Assembly: GCA_965116925.1 (NCBI GenBank)
Contig: OZ220744.1
Coordinates: forward strand, 1-64,000
Source: Candidatus Poribacteria bacterium
GTDB taxonomy: Bacteria > Poribacteria > WGA-4E > PCPOR2b
DNA: 64,000 nt
Direction: 5' to 3'
The notes under the pieces were generated by a model. It had not been told where the DNA came from and made no database searches. It was given only the letters and a program-made list of their open reading frames with translations. A program made the translations under genes and the position numbers. Numbering within the stretch: position 1 is the stretch's first letter; the number at the start of each line of letters is the position of its first letter. Positions 39,764 through 49,270 of the stretch are shown here, piece after piece.

Positions 39764-41158
39764 ATGGCAGAAAACGAAGATACAAATGTAGAGAGGCACT
39801 CTGAAGATCCCTATGCGCTGCGAAGCGAATATATTCAAGAACCTCCCGTCGGTTTTTGGAATACGGTCAAGTTTCTCGGACCGGGGTTAATCTTAGTTGG
39901 TTCCGTGGTTGGGTCAGGCGAAATTATTCTGACGACAACGCTCGGCGCGACGGTCGGTTTTGTAATGCTCTGGTGGATGCTGCTTAGTTGCTGGGGTAAG
40001 AGTATTGTGCAGGCGGAACTCGGACGTTACGCTGTCTCATCGGGCAGTACCGCTCTCGCTGCGTTCAACGACATCCCCGGCAAGTTTCCCTTTTTCCGCA
40101 GCAAAATGTCTTGGTTTATTTTGCTATGGTTTTTGCAACAGATTCCCGGTCTCATGGGCGGTGGTGGAATTTATGGGGGCGCGGGACAGGCGTTGAGCAT
40201 GATGATGCCGTTTATGGATTCCAGATATTGGACAATTATTGTTGCTGTAGTGACGGCAGTGCTAATTCTGAGCGGCACCTATCGTTTCCTCGAAAAGCTG
40301 CTAACCTTTATGGTTGTGACCTTCACTTTTATTACGCTGGTATGTGCGGTCCTGTTGCAATTCACAGAGTATGCTATCACATGGGCGGACGTGGGAGCTG
40401 GACTGAGGTTTGATTTTCCCACCTTCGCAATCGCAGCCGCATTGGCGGCTTATGGAGGCACCGGGGTCAATGCCGGTGAGTCGATGGCGTACACCTACTG
40501 GTGCACTGAAAAGGGCTATGCCCGTTTCACCGGACCGACCGATGACAGCGAAGGTTGGGTAAACCGGGCGCGTGGCTGGATTCGCGTTATGCAGACCGAT
40601 GTGGTTCTGACGCTAATTGTCCTGACTTTTGCGACGATTCCTTTTTACATGCTGGGTGCCGGTGTCCTGAACCGTATGGGGCAGATGCCCGATGGGTTGG
40701 ATACGCTCAGCATTCTGTCTAATATGTACACACAGACGTTAGGTCAATGGGCGTGGTGGCTGTTCATGTTCGGAGGATTCTTTGTCCTCTTTTCAACGGT
40801 GGTTTCAGGGCTTGGCGGTGGCTCACGAATGATCGCCGATGTAATGGGTGTTATCGGTGTGATTGACCCCAACGACTACGAAAAGAGAGTCCGTGTGCGA
40901 CGTATCTGGGCAGTAGCTGCACCAGCCATCCAGTCGTTGTGCTATTTCTTTATTAAGAATCCGGTCTGGATGCTTACTATCAGTGGCACGATTGGGGCGA
41001 TGATGATGCCGCTCGTTGCGGGCAATACAATCTACCTGCGATATTTCCGCACAGACCGCCGCATCGCACCGGGAGGGAAGTCCGACGCAGTGCTTTGGAT
41101 CTGCTTCCTTGCCATGATCGGACTTGCAATCTATGCCATCTATCTTCGATTTGCCTAG
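39764..41158 (+). CDS. Nramp-superfamily (atypical) secondary transporter
   Basis: LGPGLIL.GS.VGSGE, ELGRY, Y.YWC.EKGYAR and about 11 TM helices; lacks the DPGN motif of MntH. Confidence 0.8.
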   Translation: MAENEDTNVERHSEDPYALRSEYIQEPPVGFWNTVKFLGPGLILVGSVVGSGEIILTTTLGATVGFVMLWWMLLSCWGKSIVQAELGRYAVSSGSTALAAFNDIPGKFPFFRSKMSWFILLWFLQQIPGLMGGGGIYGGAGQALSMMMPFMDSRYWTIIVAVVTAVLILSGTYRFLEKLLTFMVVTFTFITLVCAVLLQFTEYAITWADVGAGLRFDFPTFAIAAALAAYGGTGVNAGESMAYTYWCTEKGYARFTGPTDDSEGWVNRARGWIRVMQTDVVLTLIVLTFATIPFYMLGAGVLNRMGQMPDGLDTLSILSNMYTQTLGQWAWWLFMFGGFFVLFSTVVSGLGGGSRMIADVMGVIGVIDPNDYEKRVRVRRIWAVAAPAIQSLCYFFIKNPVWMLTISGTIGAMMMPLVAGNTIYLRYFRTDRRIAPGGKSDAVLWICFLAMIGLAIYAIYLRFA

Positions 41159-41163
41159 ACTTC

Positions 41164-41191
41164 GTAGGGAACCCAGATCCGCGTTCCCTAC
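41164..41191. repeat. GTAG…CTAC REP-like palindrome
   Basis: GTAGGGAAC-N10-GTTCCCTAC. Confidence 0.65.
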
Positions 41192-41210
41192 TATGAAAGG
41201 AATGAAATTG

Positions 41211-41942
41211 ATGCTCACCCCCGAAGAAAAGCAATCCTACGAGGAGAACGGTTTTATTCTAAAAAAAGCCCTCGCTTCACCTGAAGATATAGAAAAAATC
41301 CGTGAAGAGATCGAAGACATTCACAATCGCATGGCGGAACAACCGGTTGAGGACGTTGGTCTCTCATGGGAAGAGTTCGATGACCCCACCCTGCCCCCAC
41401 GCCTCAAGCAGCTGATGCACAGTGAGGTGATAAGCCCGACCCTGAACAAAATCTTGCGATCAGATACAATGTTGGACATTATTGAACAGATGATTGGTCC
41501 CGATGTTTCACTGTATCACAGCAAGCTGCTCCCCAAAGATGCCAAAGATGGCACGGCGATTCCGTGGCATCAGGATTATGCCTATTGGAATCGGGACGAT
41601 AACCGTCCGCTGATGGTGAATTGCCAACTCGCAATTGATGCCACAACTCGGGAGAACGGCTGCATCCAATTTGTCCCCGGCAGCCATACGTGGGGTTTGC
41701 AGGAACATCAACGACGTCAACAAACATTTGGCGTATTTTTGCCGGGACACTACCATGAACGTGAGGATGCTGTCCAAGTGGAGATGGAACCGGGGGATGG
41801 GGTCTTTTTCAACGCGCTGATTATTCACGGCTCTGCCGCCAACACCTCTGGCCTACCTCGACGAATGAACACCTTCGCTTATAACGTCACAGGCAACGGG
41901 TTGATGCAGTGTCGGCAGGCGTTACGCGGTAAACCGCTGTGA
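41211..41942 (+). CDS. PhyH-family Fe(II)/2-oxoglutarate dioxygenase
   Basis: YEENGFI, PWHQDYAY, ENGCI.FVPGSH and IHGSAAN motifs; start reassigned to MLTPEE. Confidence 0.92.
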   Translation: MLTPEEKQSYEENGFILKKALASPEDIEKIREEIEDIHNRMAEQPVEDVGLSWEEFDDPTLPPRLKQLMHSEVISPTLNKILRSDTMLDIIEQMIGPDVSLYHSKLLPKDAKDGTAIPWHQDYAYWNRDDNRPLMVNCQLAIDATTRENGCIQFVPGSHTWGLQEHQRRQQTFGVFLPGHYHEREDAVQVEMEPGDGVFFNALIIHGSAANTSGLPRRMNTFAYNVTGNGLMQCRQALRGKPL

Positions 41943-41997
41943 TACGTGCAACACGATGGGGCGTTTTTCTGTTTGGATACGAAAGTAGGTACATAAC

Positions 41998-43989
41998 ATG
42001 GCTTCTAAGAAAACTGTTGCTTACAACGAACTGCTAGATTCTAACGATCTCACAATTTACGATCTGGAAACCCATTCATCCGGTCCTGAGGGCAGTCTGC
42101 CACTCACGCCGGAGATGCTGCTCAATTTGCCGAGCGGGGATGTCTTCGCATGGAGTCATAATGCGGGTATGGGATGGGCACCCGGTGAACTCAATCGGAG
42201 AGAGTTCCTCATCCTGAGCACACAAGGAGGTATCCGCGCGCCGGATGGGAGTCCAATCGCGCTTGGCTACCACACCGGGCATTGGGAGGTTGGCTTGTTG
42301 ATGCAGGCTGCCGCCGAGGAATTTAAAGAGCTAGGCATGATCCCGTTTGCCGGATTCTGTTCGGATCCATGTGATGGACGTACACAGGGCACCCCCGGTA
42401 TGATGGACAGCCTCGCCTACCGTAACGACGCCGCAATAGTTTTCCGGCGGCTCATTCGGTCAATGCCGACGCGCAAAGGGGTGATGATGGTTGCGACCTG
42501 TGACAAAGGGTTACCTGCCACGATGATTGCAATCGCTGCGATGCGCGATCTGCCGTGCGTATTAGTCCCCGGTGGGGTGACATTACCGCCGACCGAAGGT
42601 GAGGATGCGGGCATGATTCAGTCCATCGGTGCCCGTTTTGCACACGGGGAGATCTCCTTGGAGGATGCTTCTGACTTCGGGTGCAAAGCGTGTGCAAGTC
42701 CGGGGGGCGGATGCCAATTTCTTGGAACTGCTGGAACATCGCAGGTCGTTGGCGAGGCGCTAGGGATGACGCTGCCGCATTCAGGGCTTGCACCATCCGG
42801 TCAACCAATCTGGTCAGATATGGCAAAGCGGTCCGCCCGTGCCTTGGTCAACCTCGACGCAAAGGGTATCAAGATGAGTGATATTTTGACAGATGAAGCG
42901 GTGCGGAATGCGATGGTTGTCCACGCCGCCTGCGGAGGTTCGACCAACCTACTCCTGCATATCCCTGCCATCGCCCATGCAGCAAAACTCAGTCGTCCAA
43001 CCGTCGAAGATTGGATGGAGATTAATTGGCAAGTGCCTCGCCTTGTTGATGTCTTACCCAATGGGCCTGTCGGTCATCCAACTGTTCAGCTCTTTCTAGC
43101 GGGGGGTGTGCCTGAAGTGATGCTGCATTTGCGGGAGTTAGGTCTGTTGAACGAAGACGTACTCACCGCTTCAGGCGAACCCCTTGGGCGAAACCTCGAT
43201 TGGTGGGAGAAATCGGAACGTCGGCAGCGTGTCCGAGATCTATTGATGGAACGAGATGGAGTTGATCCGGACGATGTGATTATGACCCCAGAAGCCGCAA
43301 AGGCGCGTGGGTTGACTAGCACGGTCACCTTTCCGCGTGGTAATCTCGCGCCGGAGGGTTCCGTCATCAAAAGCACTGCGATCGATCCTAGCGTTGTTGA
43401 TGAAGATGGCGTGTATCGAATGACCGGGCGTGCCCGTGTCTTTGTCCGTGAGCGCGACGCGATTCGGGCACTCAAAAGCAGTGAGGACGACCAGATTAAG
43501 CCGGGCGAGGTCATGGTGCTTTGCTCCCGCGGTCCTATGGGTTCTGGTATGGAGGAAGTCTACCAGATTACTGCCGCGCTCAAACACCTTTCGTTCGGCA
43601 AGCACGTCGCCCTAATCACCGATGCGCGATTCTCCGGTGTCTCTACCGGCGCGTGCATCGGACATGTCGGACCAGAAGCGTTGTCAGGCGGACCTATTGG
43701 CAAGTTGATTGACGGCGATCAGATCCAGATTCGTGTTGATCGGAATCGGCTTGAAGGGAGCATTGATTTGGTCGGTCATGGAGACCGAATTTTCGGTGTT
43801 GAGGCTGGTACGCAGGTCTTAGCCGAGAGGTCGCCACGTCCGGACCTCGCCCCTGATGACCTGCTACCGGACGATACGCGTCTGTGGGCGGCGCTCCAGA
43901 GTGTCGGTGGCGGAACATGGGGCGGCTGCGTCTACGATGTAGATGCAATTATTGAAACACTTGAAGCCGGTATAAAGCGTGAAACGTAA
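41998..43989 (+). CDS. YjhG/YagF-family (IlvD/Edd superfamily) sugar-acid dehydratase, D-xylonate dehydratase-like
   Basis: [58 protein letters not shown] and GTWGGCVYD motifs. Confidence 0.9.
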   Translation: MASKKTVAYNELLDSNDLTIYDLETHSSGPEGSLPLTPEMLLNLPSGDVFAWSHNAGMGWAPGELNRREFLILSTQGGIRAPDGSPIALGYHTGHWEVGLLMQAAAEEFKELGMIPFAGFCSDPCDGRTQGTPGMMDSLAYRNDAAIVFRRLIRSMPTRKGVMMVATCDKGLPATMIAIAAMRDLPCVLVPGGVTLPPTEGEDAGMIQSIGARFAHGEISLEDASDFGCKACASPGGGCQFLGTAGTSQVVGEALGMTLPHSGLAPSGQPIWSDMAKRSARALVNLDAKGIKMSDILTDEAVRNAMVVHAACGGSTNLLLHIPAIAHAAKLSRPTVEDWMEINWQVPRLVDVLPNGPVGHPTVQLFLAGGVPEVMLHLRELGLLNEDVLTASGEPLGRNLDWWEKSERRQRVRDLLMERDGVDPDDVIMTPEAAKARGLTSTVTFPRGNLAPEGSVIKSTAIDPSVVDEDGVYRMTGRARVFVRERDAIRALKSSEDDQIKPGEVMVLCSRGPMGSGMEEVYQITAALKHLSFGKHVALITDARFSGVSTGACIGHVGPEALSGGPIGKLIDGDQIQIRVDRNRLEGSIDLVGHGDRIFGVEAGTQVLAERSPRPDLAPDDLLPDDTRLWAALQSVGGGTWGGCVYDVDAIIETLEAGIKRET

Positions 43990-44019
43990 AACGTAAGAGG
44001 AATTCAGACCTTAATTAAC

Positions 44020-44080
44020 AGAAAGGAGCCCGCAGATCCTACCTCAACTATTTTTTGGTAGGATCTGCGGGATTACTATG
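44020..44080 (+). promoter_or_regulatory. Shine-Dalgarno separated from the start codon by a perfect hairpin
   Basis: AGAAAGGAG (44020-44028), stem CCCGCAGATCCTACC/GGTAGGATCTGCGGG (44029-44071), 6 nt, ATG (44078). Confidence 0.6.
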
Positions 44081-45184
44081 ATAGCACACACGAATCTCGT
44101 CGGTTCTCGTAAGGAAGAACTAGATACGCCGGCGCTCCTGATTGATTTGCCGACAATGGAGCGCAACATTGACCGCATGGCGTCTACCATTATTCACGAA
44201 GCCGGGGTCAATTGGCGCCCCCATACAAAAGGGATGAAAAGCCCCGCACTCGCCCATAAACTCCTTGATGCAGGTGCCATCGGTGTTACCTGCGCCAAAC
44301 TCGGTGAAGCGGAGGTTATGGCTGCTGGTGGTGTGAAGGACATCCTCATTGCTAACCAGATTGTTGGATCGCAGAAGGTTGCTCGTTTGGTCAATTTACG
44401 AAAACATGCGGATGTCATGGTCGCTGTTGACTGCGAAGAGCACGTAGAAGCCATTGACCGCGCAGCCCGTGAGAAGGGGGTGCGTATTCGCCTCGTCATT
44501 GAGATTAATACGGGTATGGATCGAGCTGGCGTAGATCCTGGAGAACCAGCACTCGCTCTGGCTCGTAAGATCCACGGTAGGGAAGGGGTACAGCTTGCGG
44601 GTCTCTTTACATGGGAGTCGATTGCGCTCCGTATTGAAGATCCAGAGGAGAAAAAGCGGATCGTTGACGATGCGCTGACCTCCGTTACGGACACCGCACA
44701 GAAATGCCGAAACGAAGGGATGCCTATCGACGTCATCAGTTGTGGCGGAACGGGAACTTACTGGATCAGTGCTTTTCAGCCGGGTATCACGGAAATTCAG
44801 GCAGGGGGTGGAATCTTCTGTGACGTTATCTACCGCTATCAGTATGGTGTTGAACACCCGTATGCCCTTACAGTTCTCGCCACAGTTACGAGTCGTCCCG
44901 CCCCCACGCGGATTATCTGCGATGCCGGGAGAAAGACTATGAGTGTGGGCGCAGCAGATCCAGATCCCATCGGAATTTCGGACGTAGAATCGGTGGGGAT
45001 GTCAGCGGAACACGGGACGGTGAAACTCACTAAGCCGAGCGAAACGCCGCGTGTCGGAGACAAAATCGAGTTTGTTATCGGCTACTCAGATGTTACCGTC
45101 GCGCTACACGACGAAATCTACGGTATCCGCGAGGGTGTCGTCGAAACAGTTTGGCCCCTTCTCGGACGTGGACGACTGCAATAG
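44078..45184 (+). CDS. DSD1/D-threonine-aldolase family PLP-dependent enzyme (alanine-racemase fold)
   Basis: LDTPALLID, WRPHTK, TCAKLGEAEVM, GGTGTY, DAGRKT and SAEHG motifs. Confidence 0.88.
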   Translation: MIAHTNLVGSRKEELDTPALLIDLPTMERNIDRMASTIIHEAGVNWRPHTKGMKSPALAHKLLDAGAIGVTCAKLGEAEVMAAGGVKDILIANQIVGSQKVARLVNLRKHADVMVAVDCEEHVEAIDRAAREKGVRIRLVIEINTGMDRAGVDPGEPALALARKIHGREGVQLAGLFTWESIALRIEDPEEKKRIVDDALTSVTDTAQKCRNEGMPIDVISCGGTGTYWISAFQPGITEIQAGGGIFCDVIYRYQYGVEHPYALTVLATVTSRPAPTRIICDAGRKTMSVGAADPDPIGISDVESVGMSAEHGTVKLTKPSETPRVGDKIEFVIGYSDVTVALHDEIYGIREGVVETVWPLLGRGRLQ

Positions 45185-45243
45185 GAAAAACGTGAAGGAT
45201 TTGAGGTGCATATTTGTAAGTATTTTACAAAAAAATCGTTTTC

Positions 45244-45843
45244 TCAGGCGTATCTGTCAAACGGCGACTGTTCGTTGATCAGCATGATAGATTGTCCATC
45301 AGCAACGATACGATAGGTGCGACTGAGAAACGGTTGCCCCTCCAAATGAAGGAGTGCCTCCGGCAAATCTTTCGGGCGTTTAAGCCCCCACCACAGCAGA
45401 TCGCGTCGGCTTTCTAAACCGCTGCGCTGCAAGAGCTGTCCCAAACCTTGACCTTTGAGCGTCAAGCCTTCTCTGATGGTTTGTGAGATTCGATCTGGCA
45501 CAATGATTGAGGTCGCGTAAGCGTGGATGATTGGCTGATGCGCGTCCTTTTGCCCCGTTTGCAGCATCACTTGACGAGCAACAATTTCTGTTCCTTTTTC
45601 AGCGTCGAGCCAAATATGATCTGTCGGTAGAGTTTGCATCTCTTGGTGGAGCAGCACAACTTCGACCGGAGAAAATGTATAGGCTTCGATGAACCGTGTC
45701 ACTGTGCCATCGATGACCAATAGTGCCCGCTGAAACGGCGTCAATTGACTCAAGTTCATTTCCTCTAAGTCCGACGGTTTTGCAAACTGGGCGACAAAGA
45801 GATCCTTCATCCGTTTCTTAGAAATGTGAGTTTGCTCTTTCAT
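45244..45843 (-). CDS. Chorismate pyruvate-lyase-like protein (UbiC/Rv2949c/DUF98 type)
   Basis: R.LL..DGTVT..IEAY, RQVML, YA.S.I, LG.LL, SRTYRI and LINE motifs; start reassigned to the ATG just after the Kelch gene stop. Confidence 0.78.
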   Translation of the reverse strand: MKEQTHISKKRMKDLFVAQFAKPSDLEEMNLSQLTPFQRALLVIDGTVTRFIEAYTFSPVEVVLLHQEMQTLPTDHIWLDAEKGTEIVARQVMLQTGQKDAHQPIIHAYATSIIVPDRISQTIREGLTLKGQGLGQLLQRSGLESRRDLLWWGLKRPKDLPEALLHLEGQPFLSRTYRIVADGQSIMLINEQSPFDRYA

Positions 45844-45844
45844 C

Positions 45845-46885
45845 TCATTCAACGTCACTGTTTGAATCTCCTCGCTTGATTTGCCCCCACAGTACTGGCA
45901 GCTTTTCTTTTCCTTCGACATGCAAGGTGCCGGTATCAAATTCTTCCATAGCAGGGAGAATGGCTGGGCCTAGCCCTTCTGCAACCCCACCAACGGCATA
46001 GATCTTATTGTCCACAACACCCGCTCCCAAGAACACTCTTGCCGTTGGCATATCCGTTTCCTGCAACCATGTATCACTCGCGGGATCATACCTCTCAACC
46101 GTGGACAGACCCGGACCTTGTATGACGGCAGCACCACCAATCGCGTAGATCTGTTTTCCAACCACGCCGGTTACTAGCGCACTCCTTTTGCTTGGCATAT
46201 TTGCCTTTGGTGTCCAAGTTTCCGTCGTGGGGTCGTATTCTTCAACGGTTGCAAGCACGGGACCTTGCACGTTAGACGTGCCGCCGAACAGATAGATTTT
46301 TCCATTCACAGTTGCCGCAGACATTCCTGACCGAGGATTTGGCATATCAACTTTTTGATCCCACTTGTCAGTCGCTGGATCATATACCTCGACAACCGGT
46401 AGCACAGGACCGAAGTTTGTTGCGATGCCACCGATGGCATAGATTTTTCCGTCCACAACAGCAGTTGCGAAAAACACTCGTGCCGTGGGCATATCCGCTT
46501 TCTGCGTCCACCTATCGGTTGCCGGATCATATTCTTCTACGGTCGAAAGCGCAGGGGCTTGATTATTCCAGCCACCGATGGCATATATCTTTCCATTAAC
46601 AGCCGTAGTCACAACTCCTGCGCGTGCGGCTGGCATATCTGCTTTCTGCGCCCATGTATCAGTCGCTGGCGTGTAGGTATCGACCCTTGCAATCGGTTCG
46701 GCGAGCATACCACCTATAACATAAACCAGTTCACCAGCTGCGCTCACCGAGAAAAAGAGTCTTGGAAAAGGCATGTCGGTCTTTTTTGACCATTCTCCCT
46801 CCGCCGCAAGGCTGACCGAAGGGATTGCCAACAGTCCATTTAGTACTAATCCAAGTCCAAGTGCCCAAAACAAAAAACGTTTCAT
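45845..46885 (-). CDS. Secreted Kelch-repeat beta-propeller with C-terminal WG tail
   Basis: Signal peptide; six units of KIYAIGG…VE.YDPATD.W..K.DMP..R; tail HVEGKEKLPVLWGQIKR. Confidence 0.92.
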   Translation of the reverse strand: MKRFLFWALGLGLVLNGLLAIPSVSLAAEGEWSKKTDMPFPRLFFSVSAAGELVYVIGGMLAEPIARVDTYTPATDTWAQKADMPAARAGVVTTAVNGKIYAIGGWNNQAPALSTVEEYDPATDRWTQKADMPTARVFFATAVVDGKIYAIGGIATNFGPVLPVVEVYDPATDKWDQKVDMPNPRSGMSAATVNGKIYLFGGTSNVQGPVLATVEEYDPTTETWTPKANMPSKRSALVTGVVGKQIYAIGGAAVIQGPGLSTVERYDPASDTWLQETDMPTARVFLGAGVVDNKIYAVGGVAEGLGPAILPAMEEFDTGTLHVEGKEKLPVLWGQIKRGDSNSDVE

Positions 46886-46933
46886 CAAGAAACTCCTTCC
46901 TTCCCTATTCGTTGTTCAGCCCCAGCGGTTGCT

Positions 46934-49243
46934 TTACGGATTCCACCAATACGTCATCTTTCCGACAACTGTTGATTCTGAGAGACCAATACTCCCGCTA
47001 TCCTCATCATAAACTTGGTTAAACACGAAGTAAAAGTCGCTACCTGGCCGGTAGATATAGTTGAGCAGGAAATTGGTTGAAACCACATCGTCTGCGCTAT
47101 TCCACTGTGCGAACAGTTTTGCAAAGAGGCGAGTAGAGAAGGAGTAGACCATCCGGCTTGCCACCAAATTTGCATTGAAAGATCCCGCAGGGAGTTCGAC
47201 TCGCTCAAATTGATACTGCGTTTCTACCACAAACCGTCCGCTCGGTTTGAAGCTGGCGTCAATCTCGAAACCCCGTCGGGTCCCGTCAAAGAAATTACCA
47301 GCATTCACGCCAAACTGTCCGGCAAACATCCCGCTTTGTGCAGTTTCGACCATTACGCGGAACCAATTAAATTCATATTCGTCAACGGGGATAACGATAT
47401 CATCGTATATATCAAAATCTTCGTTGAGATGCTCCGCTGTACGTGTGACTTGAAGCGTAATCCGTTCACCGTTGTCAAGTTCAATCCGACTACCGAGTGT
47501 GAGATCGCGGGTTGCCAATTCATTGTCCTGAGTGAGAACATAGTCTATCTCTGGCCCCACCTGAATTTCGCGAATGCTGAATTTACGAGGTCGAGGTGTG
47601 TACTCCATTTGACTGCGGAATCGACGGCTTCCTTGGTGTCGAACGTACCCAACTTCTGGGTTGAAATTGTCACCGGTATCGGTGTATCCAGCCGACAGGT
47701 CAAAGAGATCATCCTGCCAATTGGAGCCAATATACCACGCATCATTACCTCCGATATCTGCTTCGTCCTCTGAATCCGCTGTTCGTGCCCAGAACCCACG
47801 AATTTCCATTCTGTCCGCTGGACGATACGAGAAATCAAGCCCACCGGCGCGGTTGTAGTTTTCTGAATCCTGCTTGTTAATAGCAATCAACCCAACACGA
47901 GAGCCACTGAAAAGATCTCGCGTCATCCTTAGCACAGCGTAGTTAGTGCGTGGCACATCGACAATTTCATCGGGATCGGTAATTGATTCATCCGTGTGAA
48001 ATTCGTTGGTGAACACATTGAGCAATCCTACGCCGTAGGCCCCCATTTTTCCCGTAATCTTGCCACCTCCCATGATTGGAATAGGGTGTCCATCTTGGAT
48101 ACCGATGCGACGACTGTAGAAAAGGAGTAGCGGCGGTGGACGACGAAAGCTAGGACGCGGAACGCCGAAATCGAAGAGACTTGCCCCCTCCAAGAAGAAC
48201 GGACGCTTCTCAGGAAAGAACAGACTGAAGCGGGTCAGGTTGACCTGTTCTTCGTCCGCTTCAACCTGTGCAAAATCTGTGTTAAACGTCAAATCAGCAA
48301 TGAGATTCGTAGTCAGTCCGTACTTGAGATCTAAACCAACTTCAAATTCCCCATCCGTCTGATCATCCTCTTCGATTCGACTCACACCGGGTAAAACATA
48401 AGGCAAAAACTCAATCTGTCTTTTCGGCTTGATTCCCTCTATGCCTACCAGACTTCCCATGTAGGCGGTGCGATATTTCGCGCGACCACCATACGACGAG
48501 GGGACCGGTGCCCATGTGCCTTCCTCATTGGTTCGGCGGATACCACGCGACAAATTCAGCCCCCACGTCATATCTTCGCTCTCTTTGAAACGGAGTTGAC
48601 CGAAGGGGATAGAAATTTCTGAGGTCCAGCGATCAGAATGAATTTGACTTTGACAATCTACTACCGCGTCCCAATCCCTGTTGAAACTATCGCCGCTATT
48701 GCTTATTGCGGTATCCTGTACCGCTCCCAACGCATTAACGCGGAACGCGACGCCGCTCCGTTTATCGTTATAGGTGTCGAGAATGAGAAAAACGTAGTCG
48801 TTTTCATGCAACTCGCGCGCGTCGCGGCGCATGTCATTGGCAACTATTTTGGAAACGTCTGAATCAAAACAGGTGAAGCCGAAGTAGACGTTCTCTTCAT
48901 CATAGAGAACGCGAACTTCAGTCGGTAGGGTCATCGGATCACCCGCATCCGGTTCGACTTGGCTAAACTGTCCGACAGGTTTGGCTTCTTGCCAGTCCGG
49001 CTCATTGAAATCGCCGTCAATCTCGATGCTACTAAAAGTCCGGTACGCCTCCGCCTGATATTCAGTAGCGTTTTGGGAGGCGCTGACCATAAGGGGCGTT
49101 AAAGCAAGCAAATACGCAAATAAACAGATGAGCCAATAGATTTGGTAAGGTGCTTTTCTCGAAAAGAGGGTACCTCTCTGTGATTCACAATCCATAGACA
49201 TCTTTCCTTTCGTTTTCGGATAGCTCGAATGTGCATCAAACAT
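46934..49243 (-). CDS. CBM9-like sugar-binding domain plus DUF5916-type (probable outer-membrane) protein
   Basis: IEIDG..NE..W, W..EI.IPF..LRF, NTDFAQVEAD..VNLTRF.LFFPEKRPFFLEG, FYSRRIG; C-terminus of amphipathic strands. Start is uncertain. Confidence 0.82.
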   Translation of the reverse strand: MFDAHSSYPKTKGKMSMDCESQRGTLFSRKAPYQIYWLICLFAYLLALTPLMVSASQNATEYQAEAYRTFSSIEIDGDFNEPDWQEAKPVGQFSQVEPDAGDPMTLPTEVRVLYDEENVYFGFTCFDSDVSKIVANDMRRDARELHENDYVFLILDTYNDKRSGVAFRVNALGAVQDTAISNSGDSFNRDWDAVVDCQSQIHSDRWTSEISIPFGQLRFKESEDMTWGLNLSRGIRRTNEEGTWAPVPSSYGGRAKYRTAYMGSLVGIEGIKPKRQIEFLPYVLPGVSRIEEDDQTDGEFEVGLDLKYGLTTNLIADLTFNTDFAQVEADEEQVNLTRFSLFFPEKRPFFLEGASLFDFGVPRPSFRRPPPLLLFYSRRIGIQDGHPIPIMGGGKITGKMGAYGVGLLNVFTNEFHTDESITDPDEIVDVPRTNYAVLRMTRDLFSGSRVGLIAINKQDSENYNRAGGLDFSYRPADRMEIRGFWARTADSEDEADIGGNDAWYIGSNWQDDLFDLSAGYTDTGDNFNPEVGYVRHQGSRRFRSQMEYTPRPRKFSIREIQVGPEIDYVLTQDNELATRDLTLGSRIELDNGERITLQVTRTAEHLNEDFDIYDDIVIPVDEYEFNWFRVMVETAQSGMFAGQFGVNAGNFFDGTRRGFEIDASFKPSGRFVVETQYQFERVELPAGSFNANLVASRMVYSFSTRLFAKLFAQWNSADDVVSTNFLLNYIYRPGSDFYFVFNQVYDEDSGSIGLSESTVVGKMTYWWNP

Positions 49244-49270
49244 TCGAGAATGATGGTTCTGGTGGCGAAA

